DNA from: the human T2T-CHM13v2.0 reference genome, Homo sapiens
Length of the DNA stretch: 64,000 bases
Assembly: GCF_009914755.1 (NCBI RefSeq)
Contig: NC_060932.1
Strand: one strand, 5' to 3'
Position 1 is the first letter of the stretch; each line of letters begins with the position of its first letter. The notes beneath the pieces are model-generated. The model searched no databases. It worked only from the letters and a program-made list of their open reading frames with translations, and was not told the DNA's origin. Below, piece after piece: positions 62,608 through 64,000 of the stretch. The position numbers and the translations under genes were made by a program.

Positions 62608-63892
62608 TGCTGGCAGCGGCCAGTCAAGACGGCCTGCTGCTGCCATCACGCTGGCTGCAGCAGGGAGGCGTGGCCAGGGCTGCACACTCCATGGAGCTGG
62701 CAGGAGCCGGGGACAAGCAGGAGCCCCGCCCCTTCTGAGTTGGGGCAGAAGCTCCCCCTCATGCTGCTGTAGCTGCCCAAGCTGCTGCTGCAGACCCAGG
62801 GCCCTTGCTCCATGGAGCAGGAGGAAGCCCAGCCCTCCTGGGTGGTGCTGCAGCCACCCAAGTTGTGGCTGCAGATCTGAGCCTCCCTGTGTTCTTGGGT
62901 GGCTGGGAGCAGGCAGGAGCCCTGTCCTCCCAGGTGCTGCTGCAACCGCCCAAACCATGGCTGCAGACCCAGCCTCCTGCTCCACGGAGCAGGCAGGAGC
63001 CCCACCCCAATGGGCACAGCTGCAGCCACCCAAACATCCCTGCACTCTTGGGGGCCCAGGAAGGCCCCTCACCCTTGCAGACTCAGAAGTGCTCAGTCCC
63101 ACTGCCTGGCTTCTCCCTGCTGTCAGCTCCCACTCCAGTCTTGGAGCAAAGTTGGGTCTGAGCCCAGGTGCCATGAACAGCAGCAGGAAGCAGACAGATT
63201 CCTGAGTGGAAGGGGGCAGGTCCCCGGTGAGGCCCCACCTCAGGCAAGAGATGGCCTGAAGGCTGGGGGCTGGGCTGCCAGTCCCATGGACTGGAGTGGG
63301 AAGTTGTGGTGCCTTTTCCAGACCCACCCATGGCCACCCATCAGCATGCAATTCCTCCCCTCTGAGGCCCATAAAAGCCCCGGGATCAGCCAGAGCTGAG
63401 CAGAAAACAGGACAACCAGCTGAAGAGAGGAGCTACCCTCTCTACTGAAAGCTTCAGAGACCTGCAGAGACACCAGGACTACTGGCTACAAAGAGGAGCA
63501 GCCCAATCCAGGGCTTCTTCTCTGCTAGGAGCTGGGCAGATGTTGGGATGGCCAGCTGCAGAGAGGAGCTACCCACTCCAGGGCCTCCTCTCTGCTGAGA
63601 GCTGAATGCTTATCAGGATGACCTGCCAGCAGAGAGGAGCCACCCACTCCAGGCCTCCTCTCTGCTGAAAACTGCAGAGACGACAGGACGACCTGCCTAC
63701 AGAGAGGAGTCACCCACTGCAGGTCTCCTCTGAGCTGTTCTAACACTCAGTAAGGCTTCTCTTCATCTTGCTCACCCTCCACTTGTCTGCATACCTCATT
63801 CTTCCTGGATGCAGGACAAGAACTTGGGCAAAGGCGCCACTAGCCACCGAGGTTTCTGGCCAGAGAAGCGACACCCCAAAGACCCCGTAACA
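62608..63892 (+). mobile_element. MER52A-like ERV1 solo LTR
   Basis: TGCTGGCAGCGGCC...GCTGCCATCACGCTGGCTGCAGC ... GCGACACCCCAAAGACCCCGTAACA; 4-bp TSD CTGT/CTAT; internal GAGAGGAGCTACCCACTCC repeats. Confidence 0.85.
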
Positions 63893-64000
63893 CTATGGAT
63901 GTGACAAACTTGATGAATGCCAAGCAGGAAAACACCAGACCAAAGTTCAGTCTTATCCAATTGCTACAAACCAGAAAGAGAAAACCTCATCAAAAGCAAT

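Noticed and set aside
62530-63746. Long GC-rich ORFs and internal repeats
   Set aside because: They lie within the MER52-like LTR, whose consensus is GC-rich and internally repetitive.

Overview
Primate (human or great-ape) intronic DNA from a GC-rich, subtelomeric-type locus. One real exon was identified: the first coding exon of ARHGAP39 on the minus strand (14468-14628; 81 nt 5'UTR plus 80 nt CDS encoding [27 protein letters not shown]). From recalled annotation this gene is at human 8q24.3. Everything to the right is the long 5'UTR intron and everything to the left is the next intron; no other ARHGAP39 exon was recognised. The rest consists of about 35 Alu copies or fragments, old L1M and L1PA remnants, solo LTRs (two THE1, MSTB, MLT1, MER21, MER52), a Tigger2a and an unusually dense set of minisatellites. 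Nearly all long ORFs in the track are artefacts of these repeats. I found no evidence for a new gene system. The most interesting signals are: tandem arrays that grew out of transposon sequence (an Alu-derived 48-mer x21, a 3.3-kb TG satellite inside an L1MC 3'UTR, an array inside MER21); a 4-unit higher-order structure in a CpG-rich 51-mer array; two upstream ATGs in the ARHGAP39 start exon; and several micro-rearrangements. Repeat family names come from recalled consensus sequences, not from a search, and most TE boundaries are approximate.
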